A stretch of DNA of 64,000 nt from an uncultured Candidatus Rokubacteria bacterium (GCA_963708025.1 CAVPSB010000014.1:128001-192000); one strand, 5' to 3'; numbered from the stretch's first letter, positions 20,420 to 31,717 are shown. Notes: generated from the sequence alone by a model not told the origin. Program-made: numbers and translations.

Positions 20420-20758
20420 ATGCCCGATGCCCGCGGCGGTGACGTGCCGTTCCCGCGCTGGTTGATGATCGTGCGGCGCGACGAGAACACGCTCTACGAG
20501 AGCCTCGCGCTCAGCTTCCGGTTCAGCGACCGCGTGGACGTGCTGGTCGACCGTCGGGAGGACGACGTCCGGAGGTCGCCCAAGCCCATCAAGAGCGAGC
20601 GCCGGCGCCGGATCACGGCGAGGGAGCGTGCCCTCTGGAAGCACGTGGGGTTCCGCCTGATCTTCATCCCCGGCGAGCATGCCGAGACGGCGCCCGCCCC
20701 CCGGGCCGGGCGCTCCCGGCCCCGCCCGCGACGCCAGCCCCGGGCCGGCGACGCGTAG
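20420..20758 (+). CDS. Small hypothetical protein (IVRRD..LY...VDRR..ERRR type)
   Basis: Promoter plus SD ggagg; VLVDRR / ERRR pattern. Confidence 0.6.
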   Translation: MPDARGGDVPFPRWLMIVRRDENTLYESLALSFRFSDRVDVLVDRREDDVRRSPKPIKSERRRRITARERALWKHVGFRLIFIPGEHAETAPAPRAGRSRPRPRRQPRAGDA

Positions 20759-21063
20759 CGGGGGCGTTCTCATTTGGGAGCATACCGATGTTAGGCGCAT
20801 TGCGCCGAGCGGCGTATGCTCATCTGCGTGGTGCGACGCCGCGATGAGCCGAAGGTGCTCGATACCGGCCGCGTCACACTCGCCATGCGGGCGCGCCAGA
20901 CCGACGGCGGCCGCTTCCCCTTCCTGAGATCGGATCGCCGCCGCTACACTGTCGCCGCCCTCGCCGCTGCCCTCGCCATCGCCGCCCTCGCCGGCCTGCT
21001 GCTCGTCGCCGTCCGCTAGATCCTTCGAACTCCGCAGGAGTCGCTACGGCGCGGCGGCCGGCC

Positions 21064-22299
21064 TCACTCGTACCGGAGCGCCTCGATGGGGTCGAGCCGC
21101 GCGGCCTGCTGCGCGGGGTAGAACCCAAAGAACACGCCCACGACGACGGCGAACGCGAAGGCCATCGCCACGGCCTGGACGGACACCTCCGTGGACCACT
21201 CGGCCATGGCGCCGATCACGAGCGAGACCAGGACCCCGAGCCCGATGCCGATGAGCCCGCCCAACGCCGAGAGGGTCATCGCCTCGACGAGGAACTGCGC
21301 CAGGATGTCGCGTCCCCGGGCGCCGACTGCCATGCGGAGGCCGATCTCGCGCGTCCGTTCGGTGACGGAGACCAGCATGATGTTCATGATGCCGATCCCG
21401 CCGACGAGGAGCGACACGGAGGCGATGGCCGCCAGCAGCGTTGTCATGACCTGGGCGGACTCCTCCTGGGCGGCGAACAGCTCCGCCAGGATGCGGACCT
21501 GGAAGTCGTCGTCCTGGCCCGGCTGGAGGCGATGGCGCTGGCGGAGAAGCTCGCGGATCTGGTCGCTGGCCTCGTCCATGAGCGCCGCGTCCCGGACCCG
21601 CACGGTCACCGATACGATCGCACGGGGGTTCGACCGGTTGACGCCGAGGACCTTCCGCTTGGCCGTCGAAAGCGGGATGAGGACCGCGTCGTCCTGGTCC
21701 TGGCCCACGACGTTCTGGCCCTTCGGCTCGAGGACGCCGACCACGGTGAAGGGGACGTTCTTGATCCGGATCATCTGACCGACCGGTTCGGCGTCGGCGA
21801 ACAAGCTGCGCCACACCGTGTCCCCCAGCACGGCGACCTTGGTGGCGGCGTCGACGTCCTCGGCGCTGAACATCTCGCCGCTGGCGACGCCCCACTCTCG
21901 GGCGTCGAGATACTCCGGCGTGACCCCGTGGAGCCACGTCGACCAGTTGAGGTTGCCGTAGACCGCCTGGACGGGTCCGCGGACCGAGGGTGCCGCCACC
22001 TCGACAGCCGGCGCCTCGATGGCGATGGCGCGGGCGTCGTCCTGAGTGAGCGTCTGCTGGCTGCCGAGGCCCCAGCGGATGCCGCCCGAGGTGCTCGAGC
22101 CGGGGGAGACGATGATGAGGTTCGACCCCACGGAGCGGATCTGCGCGGCGATGCGCTGCTGGGCACCGCTGCCCACCGACACCATGGCGATCACCGCCGC
22201 GACACCCATGATGATACCGAGCATGGTGAGCGTCGTCCGGAGCTTGTTCACCCGCAGCGCGCTGAGGGCCATGCCCACCGCCGCCCAGGCGGCCGTCAC
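21064..22299 (-). CDS. MacB/FtsX-family ABC transporter permease
   Basis: LRTTLTMLGIIMG, SLLVGGIGIMNIMLVSVTERTREIGLRMAVGA, DPIEALRYE. Confidence 0.92.
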   Translation of the reverse strand: MTAAWAAVGMALSALRVNKLRTTLTMLGIIMGVAAVIAMVSVGSGAQQRIAAQIRSVGSNLIIVSPGSSTSGGIRWGLGSQQTLTQDDARAIAIEAPAVEVAAPSVRGPVQAVYGNLNWSTWLHGVTPEYLDAREWGVASGEMFSAEDVDAATKVAVLGDTVWRSLFADAEPVGQMIRIKNVPFTVVGVLEPKGQNVVGQDQDDAVLIPLSTAKRKVLGVNRSNPRAIVSVTVRVRDAALMDEASDQIRELLRQRHRLQPGQDDDFQVRILAELFAAQEESAQVMTTLLAAIASVSLLVGGIGIMNIMLVSVTERTREIGLRMAVGARGRDILAQFLVEAMTLSALGGLIGIGLGVLVSLVIGAMAEWSTEVSVQAVAMAFAFAVVVGVFFGFYPAQQAARLDPIEALRYE

Positions 22300-22497
22300 G
22301 CCACGGCCTCCTCGACCCGGGTGGCCAGCTCGGCCTCGGCGTCGGTCGGATTGGCCACCGGCGTATCCGCCCGCACGCGGCCGTCCCGGAACGTGATCAC
22401 CTGGGAGGCGTGGCGGGCGATGTCATCCTCATGGGTGACCGGCACGACGGTGATACCGCCGCCGTTCAGCCGTTGCAGGATCGCCATGATCTCGACG
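22296..22497 (-). pseudogene. C-terminal remnant of a MacB/LolD-type ABC ATPase
   Basis: EIMAILQRLN..GITVV.VTHE.DIA.HA..VI.FRDG (H-loop); Walker A/B missing. Confidence 0.75.
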
Positions 22498-22769
22498 CGA
22501 AATAGGAACGCGCCACCTCCGGCCACCTCCGGTGGGGCGGCGAGCGTCCGGCCAGGTCCGGCCTCCCTCAGCCTCCCCCACCCCGGCCCCCGGGACGGCC
22601 CACTTCGTCGGGCCGAAGCCGAGCGTCGGCCTCGCGATCGCCCGTGACCCCGAGCCATCCTGCCCCGGCGCGGACTCGCGGTCAAGGAGCGGGCGGAGGG
22701 GTGCGGTGGCGGGGCCCCGGTGGGGCCCCCGGCGAGAGAGACCCCTCGAGGGTCTGGCCGAGCGGCGGT

Positions 22770-23865
22770 CTACGCCCCTCTTGGGGTGCCGACCAGGTAG
22801 CGCCGGCCCGTCTGGCGCAGCCAGGCGAGATTCTTGGCACTCGTCATGCCGCGATCCATGACCCAGATCCGCTGGGCGGCCCCATAGCGGGTCTCCATGG
22901 TTTCGACAATCTCGCGGACCGTGGTCACGTCGGTGCGGTTGCCGGCGAACAGCTCGTAGCCCAGCGGCAGGCCCTCACGGGTGACGACCAGGGCGATGCA
23001 CACCTGGGGGCAGTCCGGCCGATGATCCCGGCTGTGGCCGCGCTGCGCCAGGGGATTCCGCGTCGCCTGGCCCTCGAAGTAGGTGCTGGTCACGTCGTAG
23101 AGCAGCAGGTCATAGTCGAGGGCGAAGAGCTCCCCGAGCCGCGCGACCAAGTGCTGCTCGAGGGCCGTCTTGTGGGCAGCAGCCGATCCAGGGCGCGATA
23201 GCAGCGGTCGTCGTTGACCAGCGGCGCCGGCAGGGCGAGCAGATCTTCGAGGGCGGTCCGGCGATACCAGTCTTCGGCGATGTGCAGCTCGCTGGAGGGC
23301 TCGCACAGCCGGGCGAGCACCAGGACGGCGGCCATCGTCGCCCACGGCACCTCCGCCCGGCCGGCCGGCAGCAGCCGCTCGCACACCTCGTCCAGGCGGA
23401 GGGCGCGCCAGAGCGTCCAGCCGAGCCAGACGTCGCCGAAGGCCCGCCCGCGCTCGACCCGCACGCGATCGAGTCGGACACGCATCGGTGCGGTCGGGGG
23501 CTCGGCTGGCGTGAAGAGATCGCCCTGCTCCCGGTCCCCAGTGATCGCGCGCGCCAAGGCCTTGGCCCGGGCGCGGCCCTCAACGTCCAGTTCCCCGAGG
23601 TGCGCGACGGTCTGCTGGATCACCCTGCGTCCCACGCGCACCGAGCGGACCAGCCGCCAGTACGTGTGGGTCTTCCCATCCTTCACGCGCGTCGTGTGGC
23701 GCAGGTACATCTACCCCGCATATGCGCCTGCCGCTGGAAGGAAGTCAACGCACTTGGTCGGCACTACACGCGCCCTCAGCGATCGCGGGCACGACCATCC
23801 GCGCACTTACGTGCCGAGCGACCCCGGAATCACCCGGGGCCGCTCGCCTTACTGCGGAAGTTGGG
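22770..23865 (-). mobile_element. Partial IS1634-family element (transposase 23710-22770, frameshifted and 3'-truncated)
   Basis: MYLRH...KDGK.HTYWRLVRSVR, LLYDVTSTYFEG, GHSRDHRPD, VMDRGM; stops at YLVGTP; probable left end CCCAACTTCCGCAG at ~23865. Confidence 0.85.
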
Positions 23866-23929
23866 CTAGCGCCGCTGTTGACCCCGCCCCACCTCCCGCC
23901 GTAGCATCCCGGCTACCGGGAGGTGGCTC

Positions 23930-24058
23930 GTGAAGCGGTCAGCCGTCACCCTGCTCGCCCTTGCCCTCCTCGCCGCGCCGCTCGCCGCTCAGGCACAACA
24001 GGCGGGGAAGGTGTACCGGATCGGGCTCCTACCCCCGGCGCGACCGCCTTCAGCCTAG
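23930..24058 (+). pseudogene. N-terminal stub of an ABC substrate-binding protein (ABC_sub_bind type)
   Basis: MKRSAVTLLALALLAAPLAAQAQQAGKVYRIGLL then stop at 42 aa; SD ggagg and TTGACC-18-TAGCAT upstream. Confidence 0.65.
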
Positions 24059-24064
24059 CGCTCC

Positions 24065-24967
24065 ATGCCCAGACGCCCGCCCGCCAGACCCAGGCCAGCA
24101 CCACGCGAGTCGGCGGGTGCCGAGCTCTTCGGGGTGCCGCTCGGCGAGTTCACCCGTGCTCGCGACGCGCTGGCGGCGCGCCTGCGCCAGGCTGGCCAAC
24201 CGGATGCCGCCGCGGCGATCAAGCGCCTCACGAAGCCGACCTCGCCGGTGTGGGCGATCAATCAGACCGCGCGGCAGGACGCCGGGGCCGTCCAGGCGTT
24301 CCTCGACGCGGTGGACCGACTCCGGGCGGTTCAGGACGGGCGGGGGTCGGGCGACGTGGGGGCCGCCACGGCGGCGGAGCGGGCAGCGTTCCGCCGAATC
24401 ATGGATGGCGTGCGCGAGCGGCTCACGGCGGCGGGCTTTCGCGCGTCACCGGAGCTGCTGGCCCGGGTGACCGCCACGCTCCGGGGTGCGGCGGCGGACC
24501 CGGCGCGGCAGGAGGAGTTGACGCGCGGCACGCTGACGGTGGAGCTGCAGGCGCCGGGGTTCGAAGCGTTGGCCGGCGGGGCGCCGCCAGCCGAGATGGT
24601 TGGACGCGCCGAAAACCCCGTCGCGCAGCCCCCTCGGAACGAGACGGCCGCCGAGCGCCGAGACCGTGAGCGGCGGGAGCGGGCCCGCGAGGCCCTCCGG
24701 GTCGCGGAGTCGGACGTGGCGAGCTGGGAGTGCCGCGCGCAGGCGCTCGAGGCGGCGGTTGCCGAGCGGCGTCACGCCGTCGAGTTGGCCGGACACGCGG
24801 TTGAGGAGCTTCGAGCCCGGCTCACTGAAGCTCAGCGGCACCTCGACCAGGAGGAGCAGGCAGCGGAACAGGCTGAGCGCGAAGCCGAGCGAGCCCGGCG
24901 AGACGTCGAGCGGGCGACGGCACGACGCCGAGCGGCTGAACAGGCACTTCGGCGGGTACGGGAGTAA
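24065..24967 (+). CDS. Hypothetical protein with C-terminal coiled coil
   Basis: ELFGVP..EFT.ARDALA..LR...IK.L.KPT..VWAIN conserved-looking N-terminus; E/R/A-rich tail. Confidence 0.7.
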   Translation: MPRRPPARPRPAPRESAGAELFGVPLGEFTRARDALAARLRQAGQPDAAAAIKRLTKPTSPVWAINQTARQDAGAVQAFLDAVDRLRAVQDGRGSGDVGAATAAERAAFRRIMDGVRERLTAAGFRASPELLARVTATLRGAAADPARQEELTRGTLTVELQAPGFEALAGGAPPAEMVGRAENPVAQPPRNETAAERRDRERRERAREALRVAESDVASWECRAQALEAAVAERRHAVELAGHAVEELRARLTEAQRHLDQEEQAAEQAEREAERARRDVERATARRRAAEQALRRVRE

Positions 24968-24976
24968 TCGGAGACA

Positions 24977-25045
24977 GTCCGGGAGCAGGTTTGGCACCAC
25001 TCGATCAAGTTGACCGTCGATACCTACGGGCACTTGGTGCCTGGC
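24977..25045 (+). pseudogene. Tyrosine recombinase C-terminal remnant
   Basis: VREQVWHHSIKLTVDTYGHLVPG resembles Box II LGH.S...T.D.YGH with the catalytic Tyr. Confidence 0.65.
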
Positions 25046-25069
25046 TTCTTCGGCAACATCGGCCCCGCC

Positions 25070-26462
25070 CTAGGCGGGGAGGTTGGGGCGGCGCCTGTGC
25101 CAGTCGGCTTACTTGCTGGTAGGCGTGGGCCACGCGGAGGAGCGTCGGCTCGGCCCAGGCGGGGCCCGCGAGCTGGAGCCCGATCGGCAGCCCCTGGCCA
25201 TCGAAGCCACACGGCGCCGTGAGAGCCGGCACGCCGGCCAGGTTGAACGGCGCCATGAAGTTGCGCGGCGAGAGCGCGTCGAGGTGCTTGCCGGCGGCGT
25301 CCATGCGCGGAGCGGTCTGATCCCGCCCGGGTAGCGCGAGCAGGTCCACGCGCTGGAAGCTTCGGCGGAGCGCGAAGCGGAGCCGCCCGGCGGCTCGCTG
25401 GGCATCGACGTAGTCGGGGGCCGGCGTCGCGGCGCCGCTCTCGAGCCGCTCGCGGACCTGGGGGATCAGGTCGGCGGCGCGCTCCTTCAGCACCGTCCGG
25501 TACTCCGCCGCCGCCTCGCAGCGGATGAGCACGTGGCTCGCGTCCACGGCCGCCGGCCACTCGGGAATCTCCACGTCCTGGACCACCACGCCGAGGCGCT
25601 GCAGCTCGCCCATGGCCGCGGTGACGGCGGCGGCGATGGCGGGGGGAAGCGCGTCGCGGAAATAGCCGCCGAGCCACCCGACCCGCAGCCCCCGGACCGG
25701 GGCCGCCAGCCCCGCCAAGTAGTCGGGGACCGCCTGGTCGGCCGACGTGGGATCTTCGGGATCGTGGCCGGCGATGGCGCCCAGCAGCAGCGCGGCGTCC
25801 TCGGCCGAGCGGGTCATGGGGCCGACGTGGTCGAGCGAGGTCGCCAGCGCGATGACCCCGCGCAGCGGGACGCGGCCCCACGTGGGCTTGAGCCCGGTGA
25901 TGCCGGACCAGTGCGCCGGCCCGCGGATCGAGCCGCCGGTGTCGCTCCCCAGCGCGCCGGGGACGAGGCCACCGGCCAGCGCGGCGGCGGCGCCCATGCT
26001 CGAGCCGCCGGTGAAGCGCTCGAGGTCCCAGGGGTTCCGCGAGGGGCCGTAGTGGTAGGCATCGAGCGGGCCGTAGGCGAACTCCGGCGTGTTGGTCTTG
26101 CCGAAGACGACCGCCCCCGCCGCCCGCAGCCGGGTCACGACGCTGGCGTCGGCATCGGGCACGAAGTCGGCGAGCACCTTCGAGCCCCCGGTGGTCCGCT
26201 GGCCCGCCGTCCAGCAGAGGTCCTTGACGGCGATCGGCACTCCGTGGAGACGGCCGCGCACGCGGCCGGCCGCCAGCTCGGCCTCGGCGACGCGGGCTTC
26301 GGCGAGGATGCGCTCGGGGTCCAGCGTGATGAAGGCGTTCAGGTGGGGCTCGAGCCGCTCGCAGCGCGCGAGCAGCGCCCGGCACAGCTCGACGGGCGAC
26401 AGCTCGCGCCGGGCCAGGCGCGGCGCCAGCTCGGCGATTCCGAGGTAAGCCAGCTCGTCCAC
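25070..26462 (-). CDS. Amidase-signature family enzyme (GatA-like); frameshift near the 3' end
   Basis: VPIAVKD, GKTNTPEF, GGSS, GSDTGGSIR triad; typical DWHRRRP* end in the neighbouring frame. Confidence 0.9.
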
Positions 26463-26470
26463 GGTCCCCT

Positions 26471-26686
26471 CTAGCGTAAGCCTTCCTGCTCGCGGAGTCG
26501 CTGGATGGCCTCGATCCCAAGCTGCCTGACCCGCAGGGCAGCCCGTCGCGCCCGCTCGGCACGGCGGGCGCGCTCGGCCGGCGGCACGCGCATGTTGGAG
26601 CGGATCAGCGAGAGATCGACCCCGTGCTCGTCGTACTGGCCCGGGGCACCGAACGGGCGCCCCGCCTCGCGATCGCGCTCATCCAT
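26471..26686 (-). CDS. Small hypothetical protein (GVDLSLIR..M...P.ER type)
   Basis: 71 aa between SBP and amidase on the same strand. Confidence 0.55.
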   Translation of the reverse strand: MDERDREAGRPFGAPGQYDEHGVDLSLIRSNMRVPPAERARRAERARRAALRVRQLGIEAIQRLREQEGLR

Positions 26687-26707
26687 GACGGCCCGCGTCC
26701 CCCACGG

Positions 26708-28336
26708 TCACTTGCCGGTCCAGCGGACGGCCTTGAGCGACTGGTAGATGCCGCCGTAGGTCGGGATCGGAACGAAGCCCTCGTAACCCTGGCGGGTGAC
26801 GTAGACCTGCTGCTGGAAGTAGAGGAAGACGTAGGGCGCGTCCTCCATCAGGATCCGCGAGAAGTCCCCGTAGTGCTTCTTCCGCTCGGCCTGGTTCGCC
26901 GTCCGGCGGGCGGCCTCCAGCTCTTCATCGACCTTCGGGTTCTTGTAGTGGGCGAAGTTCCGGCCCTTCCACTGGCTCGAGTGCCAGATGGTGTAGGCGA
27001 ACGGATCGGGATCGTGGTGGTTGGTCCAGCCGACGACGATGCCCTCGAACTCGGAGGCGAAGAGCTTCTTCACGAACGTCGGCCAGTCGAGCGGCTCGAG
27101 CCGCGCCTCGACGCCCACCTTCTTCAGGTACTCCTGGATGATGACCGCCGAGTCCTTCACCGACTGGTCGGCCTGGTCGTGACGGATCGAGAAGCTGAAG
27201 CGCTTGCCGTCCTTGACCAGGACGCCGTCGGGTCCGGGCTTCCAGCCCGCCTCGGCCAGGAGCGCCTTGGCGCGGTTCACGTCGTAGGCGTACGGCTTGA
27301 CCGTCGGGTCGAACGCCCACGACGACGGCGGGAACTGCCCGGTGGCGACCACCGCATAGCCCTGGAGCACCTCGCGGACGATCGTCGGCACGTCGATCGC
27401 GTGATTCAGCGCCCGGCGGACCCGGAGGTCGTCGAAGGGGGCGAGGTCCTGGCGCCAGCCGAAGTAGGTGTAGGAGGTGTTGTCGGTGGTCAGCACCTGG
27501 AGGCCGGATGTCTGCTTGAGGCGGCCGACCTCCTGGAGCGGCGGCCGATCGACGAAGTCCACGCCGCCGGCGCGTAGCTCCTGGAGGAGGACGACGGCGT
27601 CGGGGATCACGCGGAAGATGATCCGGTTCAGGGCCGGGCGGCCGCCGTGGTACTGGTCGTTGGCTTCCAGGACCAGACGATCACCGCGCCGCCACTCGAC
27701 GAACTTGAAGGGCCCGGTGCCCACCGGCTTCCGGTTGAACTCCGCGGTGTTCAGGTCCTGGCCCTTGAGCACGTGCTCGGGGACGATGCCGGCCCGCGGG
27801 TTGACCAGGACGGCGAGGAAGGCGCCCGACGGGTAACGCAGGCGGAACCGGACGGTGTGATCGTCGAGGATCTCGATGGGCTTGACCGCCAGCTCCTCGG
27901 GCTTCCTGGGGTTGTCCTTGTTGGTCAGCTCGGGAAAGCTCGCCAGCATGTCGAAGTAGGCGCGGTGAGGCGTGGTGACCTTGGGATCGAGCACGGAGTA
28001 GAAGGTGAAGGCCACGTCGCGGGCCGTGAAGGGCTTGCCGTCGTGCCACTTCACGCCCTTCTTGAGCTTGAACGTGTACGCGAGACCGTCCTTCGACACC
28101 TCCCACGACTCGGCGAGGAGGGGGCGGACGTTCAGCTTGTCGTCCAGCTCGACCAGGCTGTCGAAGATCGGCCACTCGGCGATGTACGACTGGCCGTCGG
28201 TCGCGATCACCGGGTTCAGCGAGGTGGCGTCCCCGGCGAAGCCGATCACCAGGTCCTTCCCGGCGGCACGGCTCTCGCTCGATCCGGCAACCACGAGGGC
28301 CAACACGACGGCAACTACCGCTCCGAGCCTTCTCAT
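26708..28336 (-). CDS. ABC transporter substrate-binding protein, family 5
   Basis: Signal peptide, LKKGVKWHDG, PVGTGPFKF, VRRALNHAID; own promoter TTGACT-17-CACAAT at 28412-28384. Confidence 0.92.
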   Translation of the reverse strand: MRRLGAVVAVVLALVVAGSSESRAAGKDLVIGFAGDATSLNPVIATDGQSYIAEWPIFDSLVELDDKLNVRPLLAESWEVSKDGLAYTFKLKKGVKWHDGKPFTARDVAFTFYSVLDPKVTTPHRAYFDMLASFPELTNKDNPRKPEELAVKPIEILDDHTVRFRLRYPSGAFLAVLVNPRAGIVPEHVLKGQDLNTAEFNRKPVGTGPFKFVEWRRGDRLVLEANDQYHGGRPALNRIIFRVIPDAVVLLQELRAGGVDFVDRPPLQEVGRLKQTSGLQVLTTDNTSYTYFGWRQDLAPFDDLRVRRALNHAIDVPTIVREVLQGYAVVATGQFPPSSWAFDPTVKPYAYDVNRAKALLAEAGWKPGPDGVLVKDGKRFSFSIRHDQADQSVKDSAVIIQEYLKKVGVEARLEPLDWPTFVKKLFASEFEGIVVGWTNHHDPDPFAYTIWHSSQWKGRNFAHYKNPKVDEELEAARRTANQAERKKHYGDFSRILMEDAPYVFLYFQQQVYVTRQGYEGFVPIPTYGGIYQSLKAVRWTGK

Positions 28337-28465
28337 GCGCTGCCTCCCTTGTCCGTGCCTACTGGTCGGTAAAGTCCGGGTCGATTGTGTCGAGCCATCG
28401 CGTCCCAGTCAAGACCCGCGCCGGCGAGCCCGGATTAGCCCCGGGAGCGCGCTCGGCCCCGCCCG

Positions 28466-30642
28466 CTAGGCGTAGGGGGCGAGGGCGGTCTGCTGCATGC
28501 CGGTCGCCTCGACCCGCCCGGCGGCGACCTCCGTGGCCAGCCGCTTCAGGAGGGCCCGTCCATCCCGGCTCGACTCGCACACGACCACGAGCCGCTGGAA
28601 GGTGAAGTCGTCGTGCGCCACGTGCAGCAGGTGCTCCGGAGGCCAGCCGTGCCGGATGAAGCGCTCGATGAGCCCCCGCCGCAGCCGCTCGCGCGGGTCG
28701 CCGTCGCGCCAGCGGGCCACGGTGGGGAGGCGTGAGGACAGGAGCTTCCACGCCTCCGCCGGGAGCTCGTCGCCGGCCGCCGCCTTGTAGACGGGATCGA
28801 AGGCGCGGGCCACCAGCGCCTCGGCGCCGGGACCGGCGTTGTCGAACCCGAGGGCCAGCAGATACGCCATCAGCCCGAGACAGGCCGGCCGGTCCAGCGC
28901 CGTCTCGAGCCCCTCGGTCGCTCGCAGCCACACGTCGGCGCCGATCCGCCGCGCCTCGGACGAGTGGGGATCGAGGAGGCTCGCCACCAGGGCCACGGTC
29001 CAGGGGCGGGCCCCGGCGGCCCCGATGAGCCAGTCCGCCACCTCCGCCGGCCGATCCTCGAGCAGCCGCCGCCAGCCGGGGGGCCGCTCGGTGATGTCAG
29101 GGGGCCGCTCCGCGCCGTCCAGCCAGTCGAGGGTGCCGGCGACCGTGAGCGGCTCCGCGCCGCGGGCGGCGACCTCGTGCGTCGCCGCCGCTCCGGCGCG
29201 GGGCATCTCCCTTGACCCGGCCCGCGGCGGCTCGACCCGGACGAGCTTGGGGTCGGGGAAGGGGCCCGTGTCGCGACTGCCCACCAGGGTTCGGGGGGGC
29301 GGCGCGAGCGGGGGCGGGGGCGGGCGGCGGCGGGGGCGCGGCCAGCGAGGGATTGCGCAGCGTGAGCTCGGCGATCAAGCGCGGACTCCGCGCACGGATC
29401 ACCGGCGCATCCGCCGGCCCGAGGGCCTCGGCGAGGCCGCTCAGGATCTCGGCGCCCAGCCGGGTCGGCGGCCCCGCTTCGGCCACGTCCTGCCCGAGCC
29501 GGAGCGCTTCGGGCGGCTGCGTCTTCCACAACACCATCGTCCGCTGCTTGACCCCGAGAGCCTCGGCGTCCAGCCCCGCGTGCTCGGCCGTCGCGGCCAG
29601 GGCTCGGAGCAGGTCGCCTTCCGGGAGCGAGGGGAGCAGGGGCGGCTCCCCGGTCAGCCGGTCGCCGAAGAGCGCTGCCTTCAGGCGGCGGGCCTCGTCC
29701 GGCGCGCGGAACCGCGAGCCGACCGAGTCGACGAGTGCCCCCAGCGGCAGCCGGCCCTGGCGGACCGGCTCGATCTGGGTCGCGATCTCGACGAGGGCCG
29801 GGAAGACCGCCCGCCCGGCGGCCACCTCCTTGCCGAACTCCCACAGGAACTGCCGCACCTGTCCGTCCGACTCGCCCACGAGGTCCCGGGCCGCCTCGTC
29901 GGCCCACGGCGGGATCGCGCCGGATCCCGGCTCCTCGCCCCGGCGGGCGGCGAGGATCACGACGGCCTCGGCGTCCCGATCGCGCTGGAGCTGGCGCCTC
30001 ATGGCGGAAGGGACGACCTGGAGGTCGAAGGGGTCGCCTTCGAGCGCGCGAGGGGTGAGGGCCCACGTGCAGAAGTCGAGCGTCCGCCGGAGCCGCGGCC
30101 AGGCTTGACTCCAGACGGCCAGCACTAGATCTTCCACGCGCTCCGGGCCATCCGCGACGAGCCACGCCGGACCGTCGGCCCGGCCGTAGAGCGCCGCCAG
30201 CACCCGCGCGGCGTCCCGCTCGGAGTACGACCGGGCGGGCGGGCGGCTCGGGGCTGGACGGCGAGGGCGGGAGGATGACCGCCTGGCCGTACGCCTGCCA
30301 GGACTCGCCGCGCCGGGGCCGGCGGAAGAGGGTCCGGAGGCTCGCCAGGTCCGGGATGCGCGCGAGGTCCGTGACGTCGATGAGCAGCGTGTGGGTGAAG
30401 ACGCATCCCGGCCGGTTCAGCTCGGTCGCGAGCCAGGTCCGGGCGAGCGCGTAGGCGCCGGCGCCCGGAACCGCCCAGCCGGTCAGGTAGCTGTCGAAGA
30501 GCCCGGCGGTGGGCGGCCCGGAGATGTCCGTCAGCATCAGGAGGGCTCGCTCGGCCTCGCGCGGGAAATTGCGGGAGGCCGCCAGCAGCCGGTGACCGTC
30601 CGAGTAGCCGTGCAGCGTCTGGTGCAGCTTGACCGCGCTCAG
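28466..30642 (-). CDS. GAP1-N1-like GTPase-associated protein (~720 aa; two frameshifts)
   Basis: N-terminus LHQTLHGYSDGHRLLAAS..LTDISG..SYLTGW....YALARTWLA.E..RPGCVFTHTLLI; WSQAWPRLRR..FCT; three ORFs (28870-30537, 29097-30203, 28466-29284); CTG start after GGGAG assumed. Confidence 0.72.
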
Positions 30643-30691
30643 GTCGGGATCTCCCGCCCGGAGGCCTCGGGTGGGAGGCCGCCGAGCGAAG

Positions 30692-31561
30692 TCAATTGGC
30701 CCAGCCCTTGGTCCCGCCCATCAGCCAGGTCACCGGCGCCGTCAGGTCGTGGGCCCGGCTCTCGTCGCCGACCACGACGATCCGCTCCGCCGGCATCGGC
30801 TTGCTGAGGAGCCGGTCGCCGTCGCGCCCCAGGTCGCCGCCCTGGGCGCTGATCCCGTAGATCCGGGTGGTGTAGCACTCGGGGTTGCCGCGGAGGTGCT
30901 GGTCGAGCAGCGGCAGCCGAGCCGCCAGCCAGGCGGCCGGCGTGGCCGCGCGCGAGGCGACCAGGTCCCAGGCCGACACGACGACGGCGACCCGCACATG
31001 CGGCAGCCCGATCGGCTCCCGGACGAGGAACTGGAGCAGCTCCACGAGCTTCACCTGCGTCGGGGCCCGGTCGGCGTCCCAGGGCGACGGCGCATCATCC
31101 TCGTCGTCGCCGCGGAGCGGGCCGACCTCGGCGACGATCGGCGCCACCTCGTCGATCCCCACCGGCTCGAGGACCGTGCCGGGGTGCACGAACAGGAGAA
31201 CCCCCGACGCCGCCCGCGCCAGCTCGTAGTGCGCGCGGGAGCACCGGCGCTCCTTCCACTGCAGGTTGAACAGCTCACCCGACATGTCGGGGAAGTAGAC
31301 GTCGGTCCGCTCCGTCCCGTCCGTGGACACCAGCTTCATCGACACGATCGTGTCCGACCCGATGGGCGTGCGCTCGACCGGGCGGCACGAGAGCCAGTCG
31401 CTGGAGATCCGGTTGAGGTGTTCCTTGTTGCCGTGGAGTCGATCCAGGCGGAGCGAGGTGGGGACCTCGGCCCAGACGACGAGATACCACAGCGCGGACA
31501 GGAAGGTGGTCTTGCCGCTTCCCGGCAGTCCCAGCACGAGCTGCCTGCTCTCGGGCGGCAT
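30692..31561 (-). CDS. TRAFAC-clade GTPase (double-GTPase 1-like)
   Basis: G1 GLPGSGKTT, G3 DMSGE, G4-like SAWD, G5 GISAQG. Confidence 0.82.
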   Translation of the reverse strand: MPPESRQLVLGLPGSGKTTFLSALWYLVVWAEVPTSLRLDRLHGNKEHLNRISSDWLSCRPVERTPIGSDTIVSMKLVSTDGTERTDVYFPDMSGELFNLQWKERRCSRAHYELARAASGVLLFVHPGTVLEPVGIDEVAPIVAEVGPLRGDDEDDAPSPWDADRAPTQVKLVELLQFLVREPIGLPHVRVAVVVSAWDLVASRAATPAAWLAARLPLLDQHLRGNPECYTTRIYGISAQGGDLGRDGDRLLSKPMPAERIVVVGDESRAHDLTAPVTWLMGGTKGWAN

Positions 31562-31717
31562 CGGTCAGTCGGGCCGGGGGGGAGCTACGCGCTCCATCCG
31601 GATCGCCGCGGCGCCTCGGGCCTGCGGCCCTCGGGACGCCGCGTCCCTCCGGTGGCCCGGACCCCCCCTCCGGCTGTCCCGTCGCTCGCGCATCCGTGGC
31701 GACCGCCGCATGGCCTC

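Noticed and set aside
20816-21019. 67-aa ORF with hydrophobic tail
   Set aside because: No SD or recognisable motif; insufficient support
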